This document shows positions 26,105 to 40,100 of a stretch of 64,000 nt of DNA, piece after piece (within the stretch, counting starts at the first letter, position 1; every line of letters starts with the position of its first letter). The DNA comes from Takakia lepidozioides. Taxonomy: Eukaryota > Plantae > Bryophyta. A model generated the notes under the pieces. That model searched no databases, was not told the origin of the DNA, and saw only the letters and a list, made by a program, of their open reading frames with translations. The position numbers and the translations under genes are program-made. The stretch covers positions 37,820,001-37,884,000 of the forward strand of contig CM060733.1 in the NCBI GenBank assembly GCA_030704615.1, given 5' to 3'.

Positions 26105-28433
26105 GTCTAGTCGTCGGTAAAAGTAATGAAGTATCTTTTTCCTCCTTTTGATGGAACTGGCAGTGGTCCACATAGATCAGAGTGAATGAGTTGTAAGATT
26201 CCAGTGGCTCTAGAGTTGCTGGATTTAGGAACTCTCTCAGGACTTTGTTTGCCAAGTTGGCACCCTTCACAGGCAGTTTCCAAAATGGGCAGGTATGGAA
26301 GTCCAGTGGCCAACTGGTTGGAAGTCAAGTGATGAACTCCTCGGTGGTTCAGGTGACCCAATCGCTTATGCCAGAGTTTTGTAAAATTTATGGAGAGAGA
26401 GAGTGACTTGTAATTGATAATGAAGAAGATGTTACAATAGTGAGCGTGTGCTCACTTTAAGACATATGAACAGTTATGACTATTGATACAACCAATAGGT
26501 CTAACTCACACAGATCACAACTCTTTGTCTAACAGTTGTGTCCCTTCAAGATTCATCATATGACTTGATGAATGTTAGAATTGACTTCCAACACCCTCCC
26601 TCAATGAAAACATTCAAGAGTATAAATTCTGAAGGTCCTGTTTTTGTCCAACAATGCTATTAAAGCATATTCACATAATTTTAATCTTTGATTAAATAAG
26701 ATCTATAGAGTTGTCGGCGTTGGCCAACGTCCTCTCACATGTGCTCCCTTTCCCGTGGTTGAACTGAGACTTCGTTTACATCAAAGTGGAAGTCGTAATT
26801 GTGACCAGCTTGCTATCAATTAGTCAGAGATAGCTTGATTTTCAAATAGAAGTTCTCGTTGGAGAAATTGCTCATTTGAAGTTCAAATAATGCACCAATA
26901 GTGATGCTTTTGGGATGACACCTTAGATCTCTTCTTTAAGTTAATGCTGCATGACATAACTCTATGAAGGTTCTTAAACAAGTTTGTTGGAACTCCAAGC
27001 ATCATTAACAATCTAAATTGTTACATACTTGAATAACATTTTAAAATGTTTGAAATGGCCATTAGACTCAATTGTCTCCATGACTTCTCTGCAATTTTTT
27101 CACCATGAATATTCCATCGTTGGCTTCTTTGCCTAGGAATAATTTGTTCACCATACTTAGGTGCTTATGGTAACTATATTGATGCAAAGATCAACATTAA
27201 CATACTGAACATATCAATATTAACATGTTTTAGATCATGAAGATAGCTCTTCTTTGATAGTTGTTTGACTATCATATCTACTAGCATTACAATACTAGCA
27301 TGACAATCTTAAGTCGACTCTCATTAGATCTCTATGGATCGGTTGAGCACTAGCTCTGATACCATGTAAAATTTATGGAGAGAGAGAGTGACTTGTAATT
27401 GATAATGAAGAAGATGTTACAATAGTGAGCATGTGCTCACTTTAAGACATGAACAGTTGTGACTATTGATATAGCCAATAGGTCTAACTCACACAGATCA
27501 CAGCTCTTTGTCTAACAGTTGTGTCCCTTCAAGATTCATCATATGACTTGATGAATGTTAGAATTGACTTCCAACAAGTTTGACTATATCAGATATTTCG
27601 CCAAGAAGAATGTCATCAGATGATTCGAGAGATAGCACTTCATGACCTTTAGCTATTGTATCTGGCCTGTACAATCCATTGTAACAAGCGTAGAAGTAGC
27701 CATGATGATGCAATCACTACAGTCACTTGTCTAGGAGAGCTCTAGGATGGAAGAATAAGTAGGTAGGATCAGAAGGAGAAAGAATAATACAAAAAACAAG
27801 ATGATAGTAGCAAGGTGAAAGAACAAGATAATGATGGTCAGATTTTTGTCACCACATGCGTACGGTGCAGGAAAGTCGAAGTACATGCTATATTAATCTC
27901 TATATTAATCTCGAAACGAAAGATCTATAGATCTTCAGTCTGGTCGTAGGACATTCTTTAACTTTCTTTCTTTCACGGAAGGAGAAGCGCTCACTTAGTC
28001 ACTAATCTCTCTTGTGGAGGAGCGCTCACACACTCACCAAGGAACTAACCTGGGTGTTACCTAACAATGCTCTGATACCATGTTGAAACACTCATATGTT
28101 CATATTCAACTACAGAGAACACCGAAGGTGAGGGTACATATATAGTGTTTGCCACATAGATAGATAGAGAGAAAGAGATAGAGCAGGACCACATGGTCAC
28201 CACATGGGCATTATTGCTAACTATAATGGAGCTGCAATTCCTAAGGCATATGGTAGCCAGCCACTATCTAGAATCTTGGAGCAGTGCATTCACTTATGCC
28301 TGATCTATCGGCATACTACATGGGTGTGTTAATTCCAATACCTAAGTGATCTAAATAGCTTCATAGTATAGTGTATGTCCTCCAGTATCCACTAGGTCTA
28401 CGATCATGAGCCTGGGTGTGGACTGCCTCAATA
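26105..28433 (-). mobile_element. 5' half of a Ty1/Copia LTR retrotransposon (5' LTR 28081-28433, PBS-Met, gag largely deleted, GAG-pre-integrase and start of integrase)
   Basis: PBS TGGTATCAGAGC (reverse complement at 28069-28080). After removing the nested element the frame reads NGLY..KLWHKRLGHLN..CEGCQLGKQ..LQLIHSDLCGP..GGKRYFITFTDD. Confidence 0.9.
26380..27576 (-). mobile_element. Complete short non-autonomous LTR element (TRIM-like) nested in the Copia
   Basis: LTRs 26380-26593 and 27365-27576 (TG..CA, near-identical), PBS-Met next to 27365, PPT next to 26593, exact 5-bp TSD agttt, ~770-bp non-coding interior. Confidence 0.92.
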
Positions 28434-29253
28434 CTCTTGTGACTGGGAGGATACTATCTCTCTACTATCTTTCTGTAGGTAGGAAGCTTGCAGAAACGTT
28501 GGGCTCTCGTTTGAACCTGGCATGTAAAGAGACAGCCATATGGATGACAATGCAACCTGGAATTCTCTCTTATATCGGCATCACACTACAAATGTCTTGA
28601 TCACTGTCTTACAGTGCATGGTATTCCAACACTTCAAATTTTCGAGAGAATATATATACACACAGAGCATGGTGCCGAGCCTTGCATGCGTCATGGTGGA
28701 GTTTCTTGTTTTCTGTATTTCTACTTTTCTTTCTCAACGCGTTGACTGTTGGGACGCTGAATTCCTGCCTCTTGGATTCTCCTGAAGCTCCTTGAACAAC
28801 ACCAAATACTTGGTTAGAGGCATTTTGGTCCAGGCTGACATTCCAATGGCCATAGGGAGGATTTTTTCTCCTTCCAATCCTCCGAGTTGCTGGTGGTGGA
28901 ATGATCAGCAAACAGACGCGGGACACTTCCCGATTTTGAGATTTGGCGAGGTAGAAGAAAGGTGGGCAGTTTGTCAGCGAGATTGTGATTAGGCTAATGG
29001 GAAGTTTAGCAAAGAAAAACTCGATCAGCCTAATCCCATCCCTAATTATTCTCGCTGGAAGTGCCTAGGAATTCTCGGCCAGAAGGATTTTGTGATGTGA
29101 AATACTACCGTCGAAGATTTCATCTACGCTTTCATCCAGGTGAAGGTGAGGGAGAAAAAAGAGCTAGGGCTAGGGCGAAGAGAGCGAGAGTGTGAGAGCA
29201 AGGTGTGAGAGATCTGAGAGTGAGAGTTGAGACGGAAGAGGGATTGTTCGGAG

Positions 29254-29839
29254 ATGGCCCATCCCAAGAGCTTGCCTGCGGATGTCGTCGTGGCTGCCGC
29301 GAGATCGAAGCCCAAACTTATTAACGAAATTTTTTATGGCATTAGCCTTGGCGTTTTCAGTGCGTTCTCTTTTTCCCCATCTGTGTCTGGTTCCCAATGT
29401 CTTTCAATGATGTTTGGATTGTTTCCCTCCCCTCCTTCTGTCTCTGTCTCTGTCTCTGTCTCCGCAATTGGAGTGAGCCCCTCACAAAGATAGTGTCTGT
29501 TCCCTCTCGTTCCTGGCGCGGGGTCTATGGCCACAAGGCCACGGAAAACGAATTCTTATGAGTACATTCTCTCTCTCTCTCGCTCTCTCCACTGCTCTGG
29601 TTTGCCTACATCCTTTTTTCCCAAGTGGGTCTGTATCATTTGAGCATCGAAGGCTGAGAAATGGGGCCACGCTAGTTGATATTGGTCCTGCTGCAGATTG
29701 CGAAATGATAAAATGTTTTGGGATTGCTGGTGCAGCGGGCTCGTTCTGGAAGATGTATCACATGAATGCGCGGCGCAAAACTAAGGAGTTCTATGCAAAA
29801 TTGGAGGCAGGCGAAATCTCTGTTTTGGCTGATGAATGA
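29254..29839 (+). CDS. COX5C: Cytochrome c oxidase subunit 5C (plant COX5c/COX6C-like); exons 29254-29359 and 29736-29839, 69 aa
   Basis: LINEIFYGISLGVF|TGSFWKMYHMNARRKTKEFYAKLEAGEISVLADE matches the plant COX5C pattern. Phase-1 GT..AG intron. Confidence 0.88.
29477..29566 (+). mobile_element. Tail-only (~90 bp) copy related to the RTE-X-like LINE, in the COX5C intron
   Basis: gcgcggggtctatggccacaaggccacggaaaacgaattcttatgagtaca followed by (CT)n. Confidence 0.75.
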
Positions 29840-29967
29840 AGCATGGCTAGGGGTAAGCTTGACCCAGGGTTGTGAGGGAGGGAGAGATTAGCTAGCTTAG
29901 GGCTGACGCTCTTATCAATCTGCACACTTAATTTCATACAGATGACTCCTAAAGTTTCCAAATTGAG

Positions 29968-30135
29968 TACTGCACACTGTCCACATACTTGGGGGTGGGG
30001 TTGGAACCCCTGGTGAGGGATCCTAATTGTCCGCAGGTGAATCACACTTGCAGAATGTGCTTTAGCTGCAGGCTTCCATCCCCCCATTATTTCTCTCTCT
30101 TCCCCCTTCTAGACAATGTCTACTGGCAGTGTCAC
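29968..30135 (+). repeat. Dispersed ~170-bp repeat (SINE-like?), copy 1
   Basis: Matches the reverse complement of 58667-58822 (ccctggtgaggga...tagctgcaggcttccatccccc...tctagaca.tgtctactggcagtgtc). Confidence 0.75.
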
Positions 30136-32039
30136 ATTTTTTATTGAATTGGGGACTTAAGAAGCATTGGTGGAGTGAACAATTTGGTTTCTAGCAAGAC
30201 TTGTAGACCAGCCTCTACTTAAACGCTTTCCTCCCTGCAACCACATTGGCACTGACTATGTGATCACACAGTTGGGCTGAGTTTCCATACCCGGTAGGTA
30301 GAAATCCACCCTGACTCGAGAGTTCATATTCCACTGGCACGGTCCCTCCAGGATGGGTAATAGCCAGTGTTTGCAGTGTACACTCAATTAATATATTCTA
30401 TTCCCTCTCGGCTCTACCATCGTTCTTCAGTGTACATTCGCAAGCAAAGGCTGTGGATAACAACTTTCGGGATGCTTGCTTCCAGTGTTGCTTGGAGTGA
30501 CCAGGTACAAGTCTATGGCAAACCCAACTCATGTAATCACATAAATCCATTCCGCCTCTTCTCTGTCATCTGATCACAGCCAGACCTACTGCCTTTGACA
30601 AGCCAAATTTCTTAACTTCATAATCTTAATTTGTTGCAGGCATACGGTGGTTTCCAAAGACGGGCTCTGTAGCCGCCAGTACTGGTATGCCACTTGCTCA
30701 GACCAACCCATTGCTCTCATGCATTCTTTTATTGCAAAGGAGTGTGTCCTGTTTTCGATTCCTGGGGGCATGACCAAGAGAAGAGAAGGTTATTGGCGAA
30801 TCAGTCAGATTGTGAACCTGCTTGCCCTCAAATATGAAAGAAATTCGCATAATTCTCTTTTGATGGTCTATTTCACCTGTATGCGTTCTATTCGCTACAC
30901 ATATTATGTATTGAGGTAAATTCCCACAATTAAGCAAGCCTGTAGTGACCCCATTCCAACTCCTCCTCCAAAACCACTTTTCTGGTCAGTCCAAATCATC
31001 TCTGTTACAAGGCTACGCCAACCTAAGACTGATGGTGCACCCACATCCCTGTAATATTGAAATGTTTTATACCACTGTGGTATTTACATCATATCTTCAC
31101 TCACAGTGGCACTTCCCGTTTGAGAGGAACTATCATTTGTGCAGTGTTGCATCCTGCAGGGACAATGGGTGCAAGGTTAGCATCTTTGTAGTGACAGTAT
31201 GTACACATGTTTTTATTCACAAACACAGAGGTCGTGCAGTAATGACTCAAGTTTTTTGATCGACATAGTGTTGGAGACAGCTATGTGACCATCTCCCTCC
31301 CAGTCACATGCTCCTTGCTTCTGGGTTCTGGCAGCGTGTCAACTGAATGGCCTCAAGTTCTGACAGAAGACTCTGGTGTGTGTGGCAGCCTTGTGGAATG
31401 CAGTGACATATGCAACTTACTTGGTGATGGTGATGACAGACCTTGAATTTGCAGTGCAGTTGCCTGCTGATGCCTGATAGATGTTTTCGTTCTTTGTCGT
31501 ACTTTCCAGTAGAGGGAATGATGTCTAGGTTCAAGCCTTTTTATTAGCCTTTGTGGTCTTTTTTTTTGCGTTAATTCCCTCTCCGAGCTGAATTGGTCGC
31601 TCCTTAAGCAAGGTGCATGAAGCCTCTTTTATCTGTGGTGTCTTGAAACATCAGGGGATACTTCCAACCCTGGAGTGGCACTGTTTGTTGTCCTGTCATG
31701 AATGTTTGACACATGTTCAGGGAATGAATGAGCAAATACCCGTGTTTGGGACCATGGATGTCTTAGACAGACACAACACCTGCTGCGTCCACTTCACAGC
31801 TTAAGCATGGGAGCAAATTAAAATGTGATATAACTTTCTAGTGTTAACGGAATATGGCACTTGGTTGTTAATATCAGAAAAAATTCTTCCACTGTTGGGT
31901 GCCAATGCATGAGACAACAACATGAACTAAAACCCACCCCTGAAAAAGACAATGTTTGAAAGCTGAAGTGTCTCTTAGTTATGAAGGCTGTAGCTGGAGT
32001 CTTCCCCCTCCCTAAGTCATGAATGATATCCACAGGTTA

Positions 32040-32794
32040 GCTTGTCTAACAAGCTGATAGAAGTCGTTGATGTCTAAGGAGACAACCTAAGGTTGAGCCC
32101 AGTTAAGTGTACAGCCGCCTTGGACTCAAATTCATCCCCTCCACAACTATTTGAACAATTGATTATCAGGTTCTCCACCAAACAAGTCAAGAAGTAGTTT
32201 GAGTACAAATTTGAAAATTCTTTTCCCCCTAGGAGGAGCTCTGGACACTCTGGCCTCAAAGTTCCTGCAAGAAGTATAAGGTCTCTTCTGTCCGTTTCCT
32301 GTTGCATACCAGAGGTGGGTGCTTTGGCAGTGACCAGGAGTAAGGCTAAGCTGCAGCCAAAGAAGAAGTCTCAGAAAGAGACAATGAGGATGAAATTGAA
32401 ACTCCTCAGGATGATGAAGCATGGAGGGAAGAGAAAGAGTTGCAAAGGAAGTGGCAGACTCTATTAGAGCTGCAGAAAGAAACCAAAATTCCTGCAGTAG
32501 AGCCCTCTGACTCCGAAGAAGAGGAGGATGAGGAAGAAATCCTTAAACGACCACGTGACCTGAATCGGGACGCATGGTGGACAGCTATTGGCAGAAGTTA
32601 TAACAGACAATCAATCAAATTGTACAATCAAAGAGGGAAATAGGATAATGAGTTACAATGTGAAGCCAAAAGGGCAAGAGACTGTCATGGACTTCGATGA
32701 TGCTATGCCACTAATCCAATTAAAGATTGGGAATATAGTCTTGGCAGATGTACTAATTGATGGTGGTTCAGGAGTGAACATCATGACAAATAAA
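32040..32794 (+). mobile_element. Ty3/Gypsy gag-protease remnant
   Basis: Retropepsin-like VLIDGGSGVNIM preceded by a decayed gag-like region. Confidence 0.6.
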
Positions 32795-33569
32795 TTAACC
32801 CCTAAACGCCTACAGCTTTTTTTTTTAAATTGAAAAATCTGAACCTCATGCCACCATTTTATTTATAACTAAGCATTTGCTCAGATCTAAAAAAGTTCGC
32901 CATACAATCATGATGTAAACTACATCCCTACCTTTCCCCAGCGTTTCGGCCGCAGAAATTGTAATCTTATATGTGTTTTGTGAGCATGAAAAGTTTCTGT
33001 AACCTCTGCAGAGTACAAAACAATTATACAAATATTATCAAAATTCCTAAATGGCTGGTCCAATTGAGTTAAGATTTTACATGGACATGTCTCATGATGT
33101 TGGCACCTTCTCCTAAAGTTTCAGAGTTTTTGTACAAGATCGGTTATACCTGCTTTGTAATGATTGTCTACAAAGTGCATTTTCTTCATGTTGCCACCTT
33201 TTTTATTTTGGGGAAAACATGGGTGTGTTTTTTGGAAAACGGAATGGTCCCAACGTCCTAAATCAAGTTGGGAAGGCACTCCTGAATTTTTTATTCAATC
33301 CATCTTGAAAATCCCCTCAGATTTGGATTTCCTTTGCCAAGGCATGTAATTCTGCACTGCCCCGTGTTTCTCAGGGCGTGCCCCATGGGAATCTGGGGTC
33401 ACCCTCCAGAGCAAGCCTTGTCAAGCGGTGGTTAAGCCCCCTTCGCAACCTGCATTCATTCACAGAAGCAGTACTAGATACTATAGCAAGTCATGAAATG
33501 TATTCATTCATAACATCTGGCTACTTTGTATGCATGTAGAATGAGGTGGTGGTCGAATGACACAATGGT

Positions 33570-33800
33570 GCAGTGGTGACGGGGCCAACAGGGGCATAAG
33601 CTTCGAGATTGCACGCCAATTGGCAAAACATGGGATCACCACAGTTCTAACTGCGCGCGATGCTTCATGTGGCGGAAGGGCCGCAGACCGGGCCTTCCCA
33701 GCCATGAAATCCAATCAGAGTATTCCAGCAGAAAGTTCAGAAATTGGACAAACCTTCTGAGCGGAAGGTTGATCAAATTGATGCCTTTAGTGAAACTGCG
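33570..33800 (+). pseudogene. Short-chain dehydrogenase (carbonyl reductase-like) N-terminal fragment
   Basis: [30 protein letters not shown] Rossmann motif, frameshifted and truncated. Confidence 0.7.
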
Positions 33801-34122
33801 ATATTGTGCTTGGGAAGGTGGTCCAATATACAAAGAAACGTGCAGGCGAGGCTCAGAGGGAGGGAGGGTGGGAAAAGGGCTGTTCCCCCCTCCGACAAGA
33901 TGGCCAGAGGATTTGTCAGGCCGTACCTCATGAGTTCACAAGCGTGCAGTAAAATCAAGCCAATTTTTGCATTGTGACCGCAAATCATTGGCCTTTGATG
34001 TCCCCTCAATATCCATGCTACAATTAATGTGTCTAATGGATGTTGCCAATGGTATGCAAGGAAAAGGTTGAGCATTAGATAAAAGTCGATTGTGAATTGT
34101 TCATCTGAATTTAAATATAAAC

Positions 34123-37100
34123 TCAAATAACCACATCGCCATAGTACCTGGAGAGTCTCTTCTCCGAAAAATCTCCAAAGTTGAGGACATCCACGGAGTT
34201 ATCCCCACCAGTCTGCAAGGGAAAATGAAAAAACCAGTTGGTGAGATGGGAATATTTCAAAATACATATAAACTATATATAAAAAGATAGAAAGAGAAAG
34301 CCCAAGAGTTGCGAGCCCCTAGCATGCATAGGCCAAGTCCCCACACATCTCTCAATTGACTGGTAGCAGTTAACAATTAGTGCTAACAGCTACCGTCAAT
34401 GAACTGTTGTTTGCAATAATAACCAACTAGTGGAATTTGACCGTTAACTAGCTAGCAATAGCCATTAGCGCATAGAACAAACTTAAAACCAAATATTGAT
34501 CTGATAACAACTTGAAATCACGCAATTAAGGCCATTAAATTTTACTGCCCTCATTTTTATCAAATTTTCATGATAATAACTATAAATCATTTGTTTTCTT
34601 GTTGTTATGTTCGCCTTCTGACTACCAGTCTAATGCCCCTGCAATCCTCAAAATACAGAATACTTGCAGACTTTAAATGTTGTGTCTTCTATAGAAACAA
34701 CAGAAAGAGGGAGATGGAGAAGAGTCTCAAGTTTCTCATCTATGAACCAAACAAAGAAATTAGGATGTATTGAATCTCATCTTTAGAAAGACTGAAGAAC
34801 ATCTAAGGGAGATGTTACAAGGTAACTCTCAATTCATTGCTAAAGTGGGACTTGGTGGCTAATGGCTAGTGTACATGACCGTTAGCTCGATTTTCTTTTA
34901 TATTCACCTAACAGTGCCTTAACTAAACGGCTGGCCCTTAAGGGTCAACCTAACTGATAATGGCACTAATGGATGTGTGTGAACGTGGCTTTAGTAATTG
35001 TTATCCCACAACTGGCTAAAGGAGCGTAAATGACCTTCTAGTGACTTGGCCCAAGTGACAACAATCGAAGTCCACAGTAAACTATGCACGAGGGCGTCTA
35101 CCAGTCTTTGCTCCATCCACCCTTTGGAGACATACACATGACCTTTAGAAGCCCGTATGCGTGGCAGGAGAAAGTTACCTTTTCCAACAACCTGTCTCCA
35201 GCTTCTGGGACAGTGAGAGGTTCATCCCTGCAGCAAAAGGCCCTGGTGTTAAAAGAGAACTGCAGTGCCTCTTTCCAGTGCCCACTAATCGCATCTTGAA
35301 CTTTTCCAAAAACTATCCAGATAACACAACTCACATTACACACCTTGAGATCAGGAGCAGAAAGCTTAGTAGTAAGGGTTCTGTTTGGCACAAAAACCAG
35401 TGAACAGAGTACTTGTAATGAAGGTTTTTCCAAGCCCTACCACTGTGGCTGCATGAACAATGCAAACGTGCTCCGGTTGACCCCCACAGAAGCCTCGCTT
35501 TGCGCTGCCTGTTTAGTTGCACCACAAAGAGAAATTCAGTTCTTCCTGGTTTTGATATTGATATCATTGCAAATACAGGACTAATCAGAGTGAGCGGATG
35601 GTTTGTGAACAATACAGCAATCTAAGAGAACCAGCAAGTTGAAGGAACAAGAGACACAACCGATACTTCCAATAGTTTGAGGTGATAGACCAGTTTGGAC
35701 AGGCAAAGTAATAAAGGTTACCTGAACACAATGAAGGGTTGCCCTGAACAGACCTCCTGAGTGAATCTCGGTAGCTTCACCCATCTGGTATGCTATGTCT
35801 GCTTCTCCAAACACTGCCTACAATTCACAACTCTTGCAAGTCAAGTCTAAAGCAGAATGATTACAGGAAGTCAACTAACTGACCATCTAGCATGCTTGTA
35901 ACATTGCATTAGCTCTCCTGTCAGAACAATGTAGGGTGCTGTCTGAGACGTGTTGGTACATATTAGGAATTCCTTTCATATTTCTAGGTCTATTAATATA
36001 GCATGAGAATACATAAAACCACTAACCAAAATTCCCGATCTAAGACCTTGAAGAGAGAATACCACCAAGTCATGACTGATATCCAAGTAAAAGCAGCTAA
36101 CACTGAACCCCTCACTGACCTTCACAATGGTTCCAGAGCGGTCACGAATATATAGACCAGCTTGAATGTCAGGATTTGGTATTGTAGTTCCGTCCCTCAA
36201 GTACATTGCACATGTCAGACCTGTAACGCAACGACTTCAATTCAACAGTTCTTCTGCTGCCTATATGTGTATATCTGGCTCTGTATGTTGATCAGTCGGG
36301 TAAATTCTGTCCCATCAATACCACTTCAAAACATTCCATAAAGTAAAATCTCTGTTCTTAACTAGTGAGGCAAGGAACATAGCTGAAAAGGAGGTTTTTG
36401 CAGTCTAGGAGTGAGAACTGCTGCAATAGGGAGGAAGTGCAAACTGAGAATACCTGTAAGAGATCCATGGTCAAAATGCCATCCACACCACCAGGTCATA
36501 TCTCTTGCAGTCTCTCCTGTATCACTGTTGGAATCGAGTGGCAATTGTCAACATGTTGCACCCAAAGGGCTAGGCTACAACATAATGGTCAGGGATCAGG
36601 CAGGTACAGTACATTGGTAGCTCTTTGACCTCACCTTGGGATTGGGTTTCATACATCTGTCAGGCTCCAAGATGGCTACAAGATTGCGAAGCCTTCAAAA
36701 TGAAGCTGCTGTGTTTTGGTAATAAGAGTTAGAATGGTCAACACCTGTAAATCCTTTGCCCTGAGAAAGGTGCAAGCTGGGCATTGTGCGATAAATACAG
36801 TCCTTTGACTGTAAGGCTTTTCTGCATCAGCACAGAAGATTCCTAGATCCTCAAAATCTGTTTGGACTTGTTAACACTTTGTGTGGTATGGAGTTACATT
36901 GTATGTATCCCTTGGAGATGTTTTTCTCTACTTCTGTCATTAGAATATAACATAGCCAAGCAAGAAAGAAATACGCCATTGGAAAAGATACAAGCTTGTG
37001 ATATATCCACAGCAGGGTAAACGAAAGAGAGAAAAACTAAGAAACCTGCATGAAGTTGGGAAATAATGCAAGAGCCGCCCTTTGTGGCACTGTGAGCGCC

Positions 37101-40100
37101 GCAACATTCTTTCCAGACTTCCTTCTTGGAAATTCGAATATCTGGATGACACTGCCATTACCAACACTTCAATATAATGGATGCAGTCTACAGAAAGTGC
37201 AAAGGTAATAAAACTGGAGCCACTGACCACTTTACAGATTAAAATGCAGTTATTAAGATAACAAATTTAAGTAAACAATAATATGATTAAGTTTCAGACC
37301 TAGCTCTCATGTTGCCTTTATTTATCTGTTACTATGAGAGACCGTTTGTTACACACACAAATGAATCGGAGACGGCCTTCTTACTCCCCATAAAGAGAAC
37401 AAATAACATCAAGAGTCTTGAATGAAATAGGACGCACCAAATTTGTCGCAGTGATGTGCCAACAGCAACCCCACCTCTGCCATAAGCTGGCCAAGCTCCT
37501 TGAATGCTGTGTTATCTCCCAAGCCATGCGCACTGACAAGTGAGAGAGTGGGAGGGGACTCTTTTACCAGAAGTGCAAAGCATACACTGCATTTCCTAAT
37601 TACTTGTTGATTCTTCACAAGAGTTCTCGGCGACAGAGACATCAGCTTCGATCTGCAAGCTCTGACTCAATAGAATATATTCTACAACCTCATACAGAGC
37701 CTTTGTGAAAACTCATGCAGTAAGCAGCCTTGAGGGTAATCATCCTTGATCTTCTCTCATCTTAGACCTGCACTGAAACACCTCCTGGCCACCACCTGGT
37801 CTGATTTCTGAGTGGGATAACAATGCCATTCTAAATCCTCTGCAATGTATTCTGGTTTTTAGGGTGTTGGGGAGGGACATGAGCTGCCAGATTACTCACC
37901 AGGCTCAAGTTCAGGCAATGTGTCCGTTGGCCACAGGCTTGGTCGGCAGTAGGATGGGTATCTGCAGGGCATATGAGTTAACTCAACAATTATCAAAAGA
38001 AATAGGTCTGAGGATGAGGGTATTTCGGCTATTTTCCTTCATCTATAAAGCAAACTTTACAGCCTGCCAGAACGTACTGAAGCAGATTGAAGCAGTTGAG
38101 TTTCTACTTTCAAACACAGGAGATTGGGAGCTCCCTGCCCTCCCTCATCGTATGTTATTCTCTAGGATTTCGGGGTTGGGATGCTAAAGAGTGTGCTTCT
38201 AAACATTCATTAACAGATAACATCATTGCTCATACCTCTGCATAAGTTCATTGTCAGTTGTCGGTACATCAACCAGCGGGTTTGCATAGAACGAGCCCTT
38301 CAATTTGTCTACATCAACAATCATACAACATGGGATACAAACTAGGTCAACAGAAAACAGCTTTGAAATAAGTATATCACTATCTTATCCAGGACACCCC
38401 CTGAGCCAGTCATATTGCTTCACCAAGCAAGGTCACGCCAAATTGCCATAGCAAGGGCCCAGAGCTAGTCCCATTATGAGCTATTATGGGAACTCACAAG
38501 GGCTGGGCATTCAAGCTTTGATGCCGAGCACTGCTGTGCGGCCCTCCTATTTAGCACAAATTTGAAACACGGCTGGGCTTCCATGCTCAAGGGGTTAGCG
38601 GCAAGACGGGCTCATTACAAATAGATTGCCAGATCCTTGTGGCCTTTGATAGACAGAGATACAGCACTCCACTGCCATGCCCAAAGGTCCACTATAGAAG
38701 TGGGTTTGCTGGCCTTGCATATCTCCAAAAGAGAAAGCAAAAACATCAGAGGCAGGAAAAGAAGTCAAGAGTACCCAGAGAGAGGTGATTAGATCAATTA
38801 TTTGGTGAAGACGACGACAGATGGACGGACAATCTTAGTAACCAAGTGGAAGGGACCAGGGGGACTGCTAAGGTAAGTAATAATAGGAGAAAGCACTAGA
38901 AATTTGAACAAAGGTGCTTTGGGACGACCTACTTACCTGGTCGGCCAGATTCAAGCCTTTCCTTGCCATGACTCCAACCAAAAGAATACCTGCATTAGAA
39001 CACGCTATCATCAAGACAGCTTCTTCTCTTTTTGCCTCCCTCTTTGCCGGTGTCTCCAGTTTCCTGGGTAGTATGACTGTTGAGTGCAATTCCAGTGACG
39101 TCTCACATCTCTGATCAAATCGGGGCCTAACGCGCAGTGCTGGAATGAACCTTTTCTAGCAATGCGGGCCGAGAATTCATATCCTGGTGGGTAGAAACCC
39201 ACAACTGGCTAGGGTCATTTCTTAGGGAACTGCCCCCTCCTCTCCTTTTCTCTCTCTTCTGAGTTTGGGGCCTTTCCCTCTTTAGAATATGGCTACGCGG
39301 CCATAATTGGGCAGTTGCATGCTCTGTCTAGCATACTCGGCACTTGGGCTAGGGTTGGTCCTTGTGCTTAAACTTATAGCCTGCGAATTCTACCAATACA
39401 TTACCTCTTATCAATAACGACACTCCCCAGGGTGATTCCTGGGAATTGGTCACTTATGCCAAATCTAGGGCTTCATGTGTAGTTTTGGGGTGAATCCCAG
39501 GATGGACAATGTGTCCTTTAAAACTACATGCTCCAGCTTAGGCTTGGATTATATGGCTAATGGTTCCATCTCGAGACTTGATAACAGAAATACTTGAAGG
39601 TTGCAATGCCCAAAATGCTACTAATAGAGTCTCACATCAATTCAATCTCAAAGAAGTTCGTCCCTTGACTGGCTGGAGAGCAGTTTTAGACAATGGTGAT
39701 TCAATGAGGCGCTCTAGGAAGACAACCAAGGGCAGGGACTTCAACTTGAAAGTTTCTAACCGGTTTGATGCACTGGATGAGGTTGATTCCAGGCAGTCAG
39801 ACAGACAAACTGGCCCTAAGAGTGCTGAGCCTGAGCATCGTGTGACTGAAGGATTTGGTACTAGGAATGGTTTACCAATCCTTAAAGTTTACACAAGCCG
39901 AGCAAAATCTAATTGTCCCCCCTTTGCAGAACGGTTGGCTGTCCAGGGACAGCCATAGGCTACCTAGACGACAAACAATTCATACGCCAAGGGCTGGCTT
40001 GTGGCTGGGCACTTTCAATTTCTCAGGGCTGACTAACCAAAGGAAACAATTCGAAGCAGGACAAGTTCTTCGGGCAAATGATATTCATATCTGTGCTGGG

